This document shows positions 53,615 to 62,579 of a stretch of 64,000 nucleotides of DNA, in pieces (the stretch's first letter is position 1; each line of letters opens with the position of its first letter). Source of the stretch: Candidatus Eiseniibacteriota bacterium (GTDB lineage Bacteria; Eisenbacteria; RBG-16-71-46; CAVPCR01); NCBI GenBank assembly GCA_963702435.1, contig CAVPCR010000003.1, forward strand, positions 320,001 through 384,000, given 5' to 3'. The translations under genes and the position numbers were made by a program. The notes under the pieces were generated by a model. It had not been told where the DNA came from. It worked only from the letters and a program-made list of their open reading frames with translations, and did no database searches.

Positions 53615-54613
53615 TCAGGATGCGTCGGCGCCTTCACCGGCGCGCAGCCCCATCGCCGCACGCACCTCCGCCATCACCGGACGCGCGATCCCGAGCGCGC
53701 GGCCGGCCCCGTCGGCGAGGATCTCACGCATGCGCTCGGGACGGCGGACGAGCGCGTCGGCGCGCTCGAGCACGGGCGCGAGCTCCGCCGTCATGTGCTG
53801 GTGCAGGAGCTTCTTGCAGTCCACGCAACCGATCGCGGCACTCCGGCACTCGCGATCCACGCGGGCCACGTCGGCGGCCGGCGAGAAGGCCTTGTGCATG
53901 GTGAAGACGTTGCAGACATCCGGGTTCCCGGGATCGGATCGGCGCTTCCGGTTCTCGTCGGTGACCGCCGTGCGCAGCTTCTCCCAGCTCGCCGCGGGCG
54001 TGTCGAGCATGGCGATCGTGTTGCTCCGGCTCTTCGACATCTTGGTCTTGCCGTCCACACCCATGATCCGCGGCGTCTGCGTCAGGAGATGCTGCGGCTC
54101 GGGGAACACCGGGGCGAACGCCGCGTTGAACTTGCGGGCGATCTCCCGCGACAGCTCGAGGTGCTGCACCTGGTCCTCGCCCACCGGCACCAGCTCACCC
54201 TTGTACAGGAGGATGTCCGCCGCCTGCAGCACCGGGTAGGCGAAGAGCCCGAGGACCTGGTTCTGCTGCTGCTCGGCCTTCTCCTTGTACTGCGTCATGC
54301 GCTCGAGCGCGCCGATCGTGGTCAGCGTGCCGAGGATCCACGCGAGCTCGGTGTGCTCGGGGACCGCCGACTGCACGAAGAGGATCGCGCGCGCGGGATC
54401 GACGCCGGCGGCGAGCACCGCCACCGCCGCCTCCTGGATCCGTCGCTGCAATTCAGCCGGCTCGTACGGAATGGTGATCGCGTGGTAGTCGACGAGCGAG
54501 TACACGCAATCGTACTTCTCGGTGAGCCGGGCCCAGTTGCGGAGCGCGCCCACGTAGTTGCCGATGTGCACCTCGCCCGAGGGCTGGATGCCGCTGAAGA
54601 TCCTCTGCGCCAT
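53615..54613 (-). CDS. trpS: Tryptophan-tRNA ligase
   Basis: SGIQPSG..HIGNY, YPVLQAADIL, VPVGEDQ, KMSKS. Confidence 0.96.
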   Translation of the reverse strand: MAQRIFSGIQPSGEVHIGNYVGALRNWARLTEKYDCVYSLVDYHAITIPYEPAELQRRIQEAAVAVLAAGVDPARAILFVQSAVPEHTELAWILGTLTTIGALERMTQYKEKAEQQQNQVLGLFAYPVLQAADILLYKGELVPVGEDQVQHLELSREIARKFNAAFAPVFPEPQHLLTQTPRIMGVDGKTKMSKSRSNTIAMLDTPAASWEKLRTAVTDENRKRRSDPGNPDVCNVFTMHKAFSPAADVARVDRECRSAAIGCVDCKKLLHQHMTAELAPVLERADALVRRPERMREILADGAGRALGIARPVMAEVRAAMGLRAGEGADAS

Positions 54614-54669
54614 GCTCTTCTTTCCTTGGTTCGAGGCGGAGTTTTCCGCGAGCCGCGGTTGGTCGCGGC

Positions 54670-55350
54670 TCAGTTGAGCTCCGGAGCGCCCTTGCCCGGC
54701 CGGTGCGCTGCGAGCGCCCGTTGCCGGGCGCAAAGCTCGTCGAGCCGGGCGCTCACCCGCCGCGCGCGCTCGACCGGATCGTCGAGCGCGAGGAGCTCGA
54801 GCTTCTCCCCCGGCGCCAGCGCGAGCTCGCTGGCTACGAGATGCACGACCTCGATCCCGCGGCCCTGCGGGGCGCGCCCTCCGCTCGCTCCCGCCTCTGC
54901 GTGGAGCGCGCCGAGTCCCGCCGCGATCCGCTCGACCCACACCGCGAGCTCGGGGCCGGCCGGGGCGTCCGCCTCCGGAGCGAGAACCACCCGCCGGTAA
55001 GGTCCGCCCGGCTCCTCGCTGAGGATGCGTCCCTTGCCCTCGCCGCGCAGGTGGATCTGGTAGCGCCCGTCCGGGAGCGCGTGCGAGGCCTCGATGACGC
55101 CGTAGCCGACGAGCGGATGGACCGGAGGCCGGCCCTGGTAGTCCGCCTGCCACCCGGGCCTGAGGAGCGCCATGCCGAACCGCCGGTCGCCCGCGAGCAC
55201 ATCGGCGACGAGACGCCGGTAGCGCTCCTCGAAGATGTGCAGCGACACGACCACTCCCGGGAAGAGAACGAGGTCCGGGAGCGGGAAGATCGGGATCTCC
55301 AGGCGATGCGGGGACACGGGGAGCCCCGGCCGGTCGGGAGCTAGGGACAT
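54670..55350 (-). CDS. Stand-alone LON N-terminal substrate-binding domain protein
   Basis: IPIFPL..LVLFPG....LHIFEERYR, LPDGRY, KLELL. Confidence 0.85.
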   Translation of the reverse strand: MSLAPDRPGLPVSPHRLEIPIFPLPDLVLFPGVVVSLHIFEERYRRLVADVLAGDRRFGMALLRPGWQADYQGRPPVHPLVGYGVIEASHALPDGRYQIHLRGEGKGRILSEEPGGPYRRVVLAPEADAPAGPELAVWVERIAAGLGALHAEAGASGGRAPQGRGIEVVHLVASELALAPGEKLELLALDDPVERARRVSARLDELCARQRALAAHRPGKGAPELN

Positions 55351-55602
55351 CGGGTCTCCTTCTGCCTCCGTCCGGCGACCGCAGGCGGGAGGCGTATGTC
55401 GTTGCATCCTAGACGCTTCGGGGGACAGCCGTCAATCCGGGGAGCCCGCCGGCGCGCCCCCCGGCGGGATGGGCCGGTCGGACCCGGGGGGACTGGTCGC
55501 CTGGGGGGCCCCCGTTGCGAACAGGCCCTTGCAGACGGCAGCCCGCATACCCTAGGCTATGAGATTCGGTTACCCGCAGCGAGAGCGAGGAGGAGGTAGT
55601 TC

Positions 55603-55842
55603 GTGAGCGAGACGTTCGATCCGCTGGCCGAGGCCCCGGCCGAGGTGGCCCCGGCCGAGGCGACCACGATTCCGCGGTCCGCGTATGAGCTGGTGGTGGT
55701 GGCGGCCCAGGAGGCGCGCCGCTTGAACGAGCGCTGGCGTCGCGTGGCCGGGGAGCGCGCCGAGAAGGTGACCAAGACCGCCGTGGATCGCGTGCTCGCG
55801 GGCCAGGTGCAATTCCTCATCGAGGAAACGCCCGGTCTCTGA
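55603..55842 (+). CDS. rpoZ: RNA polymerase omega subunit-like
   Basis: SAYELVVVAAQEARRL...KVTKTAV; strong GAGGAGGAGG RBS. Confidence 0.7.
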   Translation: MSETFDPLAEAPAEVAPAEATTIPRSAYELVVVAAQEARRLNERWRRVAGERAEKVTKTAVDRVLAGQVQFLIEETPGL

Positions 55843-55959
55843 TCGCGCGGTCCGGTGCGCGACGACTCGATCCGGTTCACCGCGGCGGCCCGCCCCTCGG
55901 CGGGCCGCTTCCGTTCAGACCCCCCCGCGAGCCCGATCTCGAGGAACCCGTAAGAACCC

Positions 55960-57690
55960 GTGCGTGAACTCCGCCGTCTCCTCCCTTACCTCGCCCGGCA
56001 CCGGCGGACCATCCTCCTCGGCGCGGTCTGCATTCCGTTCACCCACGGCTTCGCCCTCCTCGGCCCCTGGCTCCTCAAGCAGGCCATCGAGCACCTCGAG
56101 CAGGGCGAGCCCGCGCGCGCGATCCTCGCCACCGCGGGCCTCCTCGTCCTCGCCTCGGCGGCCGAGGGGATCTTCCGGTTCGCCATGCGCCGCCTGATGA
56201 TCGGGAGTTCGCGGGGCATCGAGTACGACATCCGCAACGACCTCTTCGCGCACCTGCAGCGCCTCTCGCCCAGCTTCTACGCCCGCCACCGGATCGGGGA
56301 TCTCATGGCGCGCGCCACCAACGATCTCAACTCGGTGCGCAACATGATCGGCCCGGGCATGATGTACCTGGCCAACACGTTGACCGTGCTCCCCGCCGTG
56401 CTCGTCCTCATGCTGGTGCTCGATCGGCGGCTGACCCTCCTCGCCATGCTGCCGATGGCCGCGCTCGCCATCCTCCTGACCCGCTTCGGCACCGCCGTGC
56501 ACCAGCGCTCGGAGGCAGTGCAAGCGCAATACGCGACGCTGTCGGCCGAGGTGCAGGAGGCGCTGGCGGGAATCCGCGTGATCAAGGCGTACGTGCGCAC
56601 CGACCTCCAGATGGATCGCTTCCGGGCCGAGAACGAGAGCTACGTGGCGAAGAGCATGGGCCTGATCCGGTTGTCGGGGCTGTTCGGGCCGCTCATGACC
56701 TTCTTCACCGGCCTCGCCGCCCTCGCCGTGCTGTGGATCGGCGGCCGCTACGTGGCGACCGGGCGCTTCACGCTCGGCGAGTTCGTGGCCTTCAACGGCT
56801 ACTTGGCGATGCTCGCCTGGCCGGTGATCTCCCTCGGCTGGGTGGCCAACATGATCCAGCGGGGCACCGCCTCGCTCGTGCGCATCGGCACGATCCTCGA
56901 CGAGGAGCCGGCGATCGTCGGCGGTCCGGCCCTGCCCGCGACCCCGCTCGGCATCGAGTTCCGCAACGTCGCCTTCGCCTATCCCGGCGGGCCGCCCGTC
57001 CTCACGGGCCTGAACCTCGCCATCGCGCCCGGCGAGACCGTGGCCGTCGTCGGCCCGACCGGGAGCGGCAAGTCGAGCCTCGTCGGGCTCATCCCGCGCC
57101 TCTACGACGCCACGGGCGGGCAGGTGCTCGTCGGCGGCGCCGACGTGCGCACCCTCGACCTCGAGGCGCTCCGCCGCCGGATCGGCTTCGTGCCGCAGGA
57201 GACCTTCCTCTTCTCGACCACCATGCGGCAGAACATCGCCTACGGCTTCGACGAGGCGGGCGAGTCGGCGATCGAGGAGGCGGCCGAGATCGCGCGCCTG
57301 GCCGCGACCGTGCGCGCGTTCCCCGGCGGCTACGACACCCTGGTCGGGGAGCGCGGCATCACGCTCTCCGGCGGGCAGAAGCAGCGCACCGCCATCTCGC
57401 GCGCCGTCATCCGCTCGCCGGAGATCCTGATCCTCGACGACGCCCTGTCGAGCGTCGACACCAACACCGAGGAAGAGATCCTCCGGCGGCTGCGGCCGCT
57501 TCTCGCCCGGCGGACGAGCCTCATCATCTCCCACCGCGTGACCACCGTGCGCGAGGCGGACCGCATCGTGGTGCTCGATCGCGGCCGCATCGTCGAGGAA
57601 GGCACGCATGAGGCGCTGATCGCCGGCGGCGGCCTCTACGCGCGCATGGTCGAGCAGCAGCTCCTGCGCGAGGAGCTCGAGGCGAGCTGA
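55960..57690 (+). CDS. ABC exporter, fused TMD-NBD (subunit 1 of heterodimer)
   Basis: GPTGSGKS, LSGGQKQR, ILDD (degenerate Walker B). Confidence 0.92.
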   Translation: MRELRRLLPYLARHRRTILLGAVCIPFTHGFALLGPWLLKQAIEHLEQGEPARAILATAGLLVLASAAEGIFRFAMRRLMIGSSRGIEYDIRNDLFAHLQRLSPSFYARHRIGDLMARATNDLNSVRNMIGPGMMYLANTLTVLPAVLVLMLVLDRRLTLLAMLPMAALAILLTRFGTAVHQRSEAVQAQYATLSAEVQEALAGIRVIKAYVRTDLQMDRFRAENESYVAKSMGLIRLSGLFGPLMTFFTGLAALAVLWIGGRYVATGRFTLGEFVAFNGYLAMLAWPVISLGWVANMIQRGTASLVRIGTILDEEPAIVGGPALPATPLGIEFRNVAFAYPGGPPVLTGLNLAIAPGETVAVVGPTGSGKSSLVGLIPRLYDATGGQVLVGGADVRTLDLEALRRRIGFVPQETFLFSTTMRQNIAYGFDEAGESAIEEAAEIARLAATVRAFPGGYDTLVGERGITLSGGQKQRTAISRAVIRSPEILILDDALSSVDTNTEEEILRRLRPLLARRTSLIISHRVTTVREADRIVVLDRGRIVEEGTHEALIAGGGLYARMVEQQLLREELEAS

Positions 57691-59516
57691 TGGCGACCAT
57701 GGACGACGATGAGATCCTCGGCCGGGCCTACGATCGGCGGCTGATGAGCCGACTCCTGACCTACCTCCGGCCCTACCGCCGGCTGGTCGCCATCTCGATC
57801 GGGCTCCTCACCGCCGCCTTCCTGCTCGAGCTCGCGCAACCCTACCTCGTCAAGGTGGCGATCGACGAGCACCTGAAGCGGGGCAACCCGGAAGGCCTCG
57901 CCCGGATCGCGCTCCTCTACTTCGGCACCCTGCTCGGCACGTTCTTCTTCCGCTACGGCGAGCTCTACGTGATGAACCTGGTCGGACAGAAGGTGATGTA
58001 CGACCTGCGCATGCAGATCTACGAGCATCTTCTCCGCCAGGGGGTGCGTTTCTTCACGCGGAATCCGGTCGGCCGCCTGATGACGCGCGTGACGAGCGAC
58101 GTCGATGTCCTGAACGAGATGTTCACCGCCGGTGTGGTCGCCGTCATCGAGGACGTGCTCAAGCTCGCCGGGATCATGGTGATCCTCGCCGTCATGGACT
58201 GGAAGCTCGCCCTCGCCACCTTCGCGGTCCTCCCCCTCCTCGCCGTGACCGCGACCCTCTTCCGCACGCGGGTGCGCCATACCTATCGCCTGGTGCGAAC
58301 CGCCATCGCCAAGATCAACACCTTCCTCCAGGAGAACCTGGTCGGGATGCAGGTCGTCCAGCTCTTCAACCACGAGAGCCACAACATGCGGCGGTTCGAG
58401 CGCTTGAACCGCGAGCACCTGGACGCGCATCTGAAGACCATCTTCTACTACGCGGTCTTCTTCCCCGCGGTCGAGCTCCTGGGGGCGGTGGCGATCGCGC
58501 TCATCCTGTGGTTCGGCGGGCTCGAGGTGAAGTCGGGCGCGCTCACCTTCGGCGTGCTCGTCGCCTTCATCCAGTACGCGGAGATGTTCTTCCGGCCGAT
58601 CAGCGATCTCTCCGAGAAGTACGGCATCATGCAGGCGGCGATGGCCTCCTCCGAGCGCATCTTCAAGGTGCTCGACACCGAAGAGGCGACCCCCGAGGCC
58701 GCCGACGCCTGGGCGGGCGTCGGCGCCGTCCCCGGCGGCGACGGTGCGCGACCGCTCCGCGGCGCAATCCGATTCGAGCACGTGGACTTCGCCTACGAGG
58801 GCGACAACCTCGTGCTCAAGAACGTGGACTTCGCGATCGCCCCCGGCGAGCGGATCGCCGTGGTCGGCGCCACCGGCGCCGGGAAGTCCACGATCGTGAA
58901 TCTCCTCACCCGCTTCTACGACCCGACCCGCGGGCGCGTGCTGGTGGACGGCATGGACGTGCGCGAGGTGCCCCTCGACTGGCTCCGGCGCGGCATCGGC
59001 GTCGTGCAGCAGGACGTCTTCCTCTTCGCGGGCTCGGTCGCCTACAACATCGGGCTGGGCCGGCCCGAGATCGACCGGGCGGCCATCGAACGCGCGGCGG
59101 CCCAGGTCAACGCCGCCGACTTCGTCCGGGCGATCCCCGGCGGCTTCTCGAGCGAGGTGCGCGAGGGCGGCGGCTCGCTCTCGGTCGGCCAGCGCCAGCT
59201 CCTCGCCTTCGCCCGGGCGCTGGCCTACGATCCGGCGATCCTCGTCCTCGACGAGGCCACCTCGAGCGTGGACACCGAGACCGAGGCCATGATCCAGGAC
59301 GGGCTCGAGAAGCTCCTCCGGGGGCGCACCGCGCTCGTCATCGCCCATCGTCTGTCCACCATCCGCAATGCAGACCGCATCCTCGTCATGCACCACGGCG
59401 AGTTGCGCGAGGAGGGCCGGCACGAGGAGCTCCTGGCCCGCGGCGGCATCTACCGCAAGCTCTACGAGCTGCAGTATCGTGACCAGGAATCAGCCCCGGA
59501 GCGGGCGCGAGCGTGA
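57690..59516 (+). CDS. ABC exporter, fused TMD-NBD (subunit 2 of heterodimer)
   Basis: GATGAGKS, LSVGQRQ (degenerate signature), LDEATSSVD, AHRLSTI; TGATG coupling. Confidence 0.92.
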   Translation: MATMDDDEILGRAYDRRLMSRLLTYLRPYRRLVAISIGLLTAAFLLELAQPYLVKVAIDEHLKRGNPEGLARIALLYFGTLLGTFFFRYGELYVMNLVGQKVMYDLRMQIYEHLLRQGVRFFTRNPVGRLMTRVTSDVDVLNEMFTAGVVAVIEDVLKLAGIMVILAVMDWKLALATFAVLPLLAVTATLFRTRVRHTYRLVRTAIAKINTFLQENLVGMQVVQLFNHESHNMRRFERLNREHLDAHLKTIFYYAVFFPAVELLGAVAIALILWFGGLEVKSGALTFGVLVAFIQYAEMFFRPISDLSEKYGIMQAAMASSERIFKVLDTEEATPEAADAWAGVGAVPGGDGARPLRGAIRFEHVDFAYEGDNLVLKNVDFAIAPGERIAVVGATGAGKSTIVNLLTRFYDPTRGRVLVDGMDVREVPLDWLRRGIGVVQQDVFLFAGSVAYNIGLGRPEIDRAAIERAAAQVNAADFVRAIPGGFSSEVREGGGSLSVGQRQLLAFARALAYDPAILVLDEATSSVDTETEAMIQDGLEKLLRGRTALVIAHRLSTIRNADRILVMHHGELREEGRHEELLARGGIYRKLYELQYRDQESAPERARA

Positions 59517-59553
59517 GCCCGCGGCCGGGGCGCGAGCGGAGGTGACGCGAGAC

Positions 59554-59958
59554 GTGCCGACCTACGACTACCAGTGCGAGAACGGCCACCACTTCGAGAT
59601 CTTCCAGAAGATGACCGATCCCAAGATCGAGACCTGCCCCCAGTGCGGCGCGCGGGCGAAGCGCATGATCGGGCCCGGGGCCGGGATCGTGTTCAAGGGC
59701 TCGGGTTTCTACTCGACCGACTACCGGAGCGAGAAGTACAAGCGGGCCGCCAAGTCGGAGACCGCCGGCGGCGGGGCGACGGCGGACTCCGGGACGAAGA
59801 GCGAGCCGGGCGGAGCGACCCCGGGCGGAGCGACCCCGGGCGGAGCGACCCCGGCCGGGCCGGCAAAGGCCGCGAAGAAGGAGAAGTCGCCGCCCGGGCC
59901 AGCTGCGGGCGGAGCGAAGACCGGCGCGGATGCCGGCGGGGGCACCAAGAAGGACTGA
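59554..59958 (+). CDS. FmdB-family zinc-ribbon protein with low-complexity tail
   Basis: GGAGGT RBS, MPTYDYQC..GH.FE...CPQCG, FKGSGFYSTDY; PGGAT x3 (15-bp repeat at 59806-59850). Confidence 0.88.
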   Translation: MPTYDYQCENGHHFEIFQKMTDPKIETCPQCGARAKRMIGPGAGIVFKGSGFYSTDYRSEKYKRAAKSETAGGGATADSGTKSEPGGATPGGATPGGATPAGPAKAAKKEKSPPGPAAGGAKTGADAGGGTKKD

Positions 59959-59988
59959 GGCGCCGGCATCCTGCCGGGATCGACAGGC

Positions 59989-60024
59989 AACGGCCCCGCG
60001 AGGCGATCGCCCCGCGGGGCCGTT
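59989..60024. terminator. Hairpin between convergent genes
   Basis: AACGGCCCCGCG...CGCGGGGCCGTT. Confidence 0.6.
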
Positions 60025-60082
60025 CAGTCCCCTCCGCCAGAGGGGCGGCGCGCCGTCCCCTGCAGCCCGGATCGCGGTGATG

Positions 60083-62326
60083 CTACTTCATGAGCGTCAT
60101 CTTGCGGGTGGCGGCGAACGAGCCGGCCTCGAGCCGCGCGAGGTAGATCCCGCTCGCCAGCTCGCGACCTGCATCATCGCGCCCGTCCCACTCGACCGCG
60201 TAGGCGTCGGCCGCCTGGGTCCCGTTCACGAGCACGCGCACGAGCTTCCCGGCCGGGCTGTAGATCGCGAGTCGCACGGGCACCCGGCCCGCCAGCGAGT
60301 AGCTGATCGTCGTCGCCGGGTTGAACGGGTTCGGAGCGGCGGCACCAAGGGCGAAGCGTCCGGGAACGACCTCGCCGGCCGCCACGGCCGTCGAGCCGCT
60401 CACGTTGAACGTGTGCACGTCCCCGTCCGGAGCCGGGCGCGGATCGGTGCGCTTGTTCGCCGGGCTCAGGTTGTTTGCGGCGACGATGAAGTAGTGGACC
60501 GTCCCGTTCCCGAGATCCGGGATCTGGCCCGCATACTCGTTCGGGTTTCCGGTCGGCGTCATCGGCGCGGAGGCGGTGACCGCGCCCAGGCCGTATCGCA
60601 CTTCGACCGCCGAGATACCGGAAGCCGACGTGCACACCGCGGTCACCGTGTACGGGCCGGGCACGTTCTGATCCGGCAGCGGGGTGTGGGTGATCGCGGG
60701 GATCTCGTACTGCGCCGCGGAGAAGAAACCGCGGGCGGTGCAGAAGTTGACGATCGAGTCGACGTTGAGCCCTTCGTTCCGGGTGCGATCGGTGGTGACG
60801 AGGGCCGCGGCGGCCTGGGTCACGAGCGCGCTCGGGCTCAGGAGGAAGTGGTGGCCGATGACGATCCCATCCATGGTCTCGCGCGTGATCTCGTAGTAGA
60901 TCTGCATGAGGCAGGACGCCCAGATCGTCCCGTTCGAGTAGATGTCGCCGCCCCAGGAGGCCGGGTAGAGCCGCGTGTCGTTCAGGATGCGCCCCGGCCA
61001 GAACGGGTTGTGGCCGTCCCAGTTGAAGACCCACTCCGAGCGGTAAAGGTCGATCGCCGCCGAGTAGCCCCCGGCCCAGTAGTCCCCGAAACCCTCGCCC
61101 ATCGAGCGGGCGTCGGTGGACGAGCCCCAGCCCGGCACCGTGCCGCTCTGGATGGCATGGCCGTACTCGTGGAGCACGACGTCGAGATCCTCGGCGTCGT
61201 CCACCCCGCCCTCGCCCCAGGCCAGCCGGTTGGTCGAGGGAATGTAGTGGGAGTTGTCCGCCCCGTTCAGGCCGTGCGTGTCGCACCAGATCGAGAGGTT
61301 CTGCACGGTGTTGTAGCCGAGGGCCTGGATGTAGCGCTGGCTCTGATCGATGCCGAAGTAGACCTCGGTGTCCTCGAACCCCTGCGCGTCGCGCGTGTAG
61401 AGGAAATCGGTCGTCGCCGACGTGGCCGGCGCGCTGACCGGGGACTCGAACTCCTGGATGTTCACGTAGGGGCCGGTGAGCCGGTAGAGACCGCCCGAGA
61501 ACGTGATGTCACGGAGGGTCCGCGGGAAGGTCTGCGCCTGGAGCTGAGGCGTGTTGGCGTCGTTCCCGTCGGTGTACCCCGCCGTGTTGTAGGCGACATG
61601 AGCCGTCGTGAGCGGATCCGGATCGAAGCACAGCGCATTCCCGTCCGCGTGCACCGCCTGATCGCGGATGCGGAGGATCTGCCCGTTGGTCGCATCCACC
61701 ATGACTTCCCAGTCGCCGAGCGGGTTCATGGCCGGGATCACGAGCCGGTACGCGAGCGCCATGAGCACACCGTCGCCGGGGAGAAGCCCGAGCGAGGGCG
61801 GCGTCTCCGGTCCGTGGCGCTCAGCCGTGGCCTGGATCGCCCCGATCGCGAGATCGCGGGCGACCGCCGGCGGCAGGGCGGCGGCCGTGGCCATCGGCTC
61901 CGACGGGCGATACGTGGACGCCACGGCGACCACCTCGCCTCTCGCGCGGGCGATGGTCACCGCGACCTGGCCCTCGAACACGGGGAGCCCGTAGACGGTC
62001 TGCTGGAAGCGGACGGTAGAGCCCTGCGGAGTCTCCTGCACGGAGATCACCTCGAGGTCGTCGGTCGCATTGCGGAGCCCAAAGGTCTCCCCCTCGTCGG
62101 CCAGGAAGGCCCGCGCCTGCATCTCCGGCGTCCCGGAGTAGGGACCCGCTGCGAGATCGAAGGCGGCCACCGTGGCACCGGTCGCCACGTCCACCCAGCG
62201 CGGGCCAGCGACCTGGGCCAGGGTCGGTCCGTTCGAGTCGAAGGGCGGCGGGGCCTGGCCGGTGAGAGCCAGGGCCGCGGCCGGCAGCAGGGTCAGCAGG
62301 ACGGCGAGGATCAGTAGGCGCAGCAT
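60083..62326 (-). CDS. Secreted zinc metallopeptidase (M4/M36-like) with propeptide and FlgD-Ig-like C-terminal domain
   Basis: Signal peptide; VRFQQ...GLPV, VDATNGQI; HEYGH...EGFGDY; PNPFNP...WDGRD...SGIYLARL. Confidence 0.85.
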   Translation of the reverse strand: MLRLLILAVLLTLLPAAALALTGQAPPPFDSNGPTLAQVAGPRWVDVATGATVAAFDLAAGPYSGTPEMQARAFLADEGETFGLRNATDDLEVISVQETPQGSTVRFQQTVYGLPVFEGQVAVTIARARGEVVAVASTYRPSEPMATAAALPPAVARDLAIGAIQATAERHGPETPPSLGLLPGDGVLMALAYRLVIPAMNPLGDWEVMVDATNGQILRIRDQAVHADGNALCFDPDPLTTAHVAYNTAGYTDGNDANTPQLQAQTFPRTLRDITFSGGLYRLTGPYVNIQEFESPVSAPATSATTDFLYTRDAQGFEDTEVYFGIDQSQRYIQALGYNTVQNLSIWCDTHGLNGADNSHYIPSTNRLAWGEGGVDDAEDLDVVLHEYGHAIQSGTVPGWGSSTDARSMGEGFGDYWAGGYSAAIDLYRSEWVFNWDGHNPFWPGRILNDTRLYPASWGGDIYSNGTIWASCLMQIYYEITRETMDGIVIGHHFLLSPSALVTQAAAALVTTDRTRNEGLNVDSIVNFCTARGFFSAAQYEIPAITHTPLPDQNVPGPYTVTAVCTSASGISAVEVRYGLGAVTASAPMTPTGNPNEYAGQIPDLGNGTVHYFIVAANNLSPANKRTDPRPAPDGDVHTFNVSGSTAVAAGEVVPGRFALGAAAPNPFNPATTISYSLAGRVPVRLAIYSPAGKLVRVLVNGTQAADAYAVEWDGRDDAGRELASGIYLARLEAGSFAATRKMTLMK

Positions 62327-62579
62327 GGAGTGGTCTCCCTAAGGCCTGGAAGAGCGAGGTGTTCCGGACTGGGGCGGCTTGAATTCCAGCCAGGGCGAGG
62401 CAGGACCCGGCAGGTTTCGGCTCGCCGGGACTTGCGAGCTTTCCAACTTTCATTGTAGACCTCGAGCCGGATCCGGGCAACTGTCCTCCGGCCTGCCGCA
62501 GACGGAGCCATGGCCCGCCCTCGAAAGCACCACGACCGCCGGCGGCCGCTCCAACCCGGCGTCCATCCCGGCGTTGCCC

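Noticed and set aside
52061..55000. Very long antisense/alternate-frame ORFs (also 34334..36835, 59930..62317, 25567..27783 and the 5' part of 7062..9491)
   Set aside because: Shadow ORFs of well-supported genes, expected from high-GC codon bias; Arg/Gly/Pro-rich with no motifs
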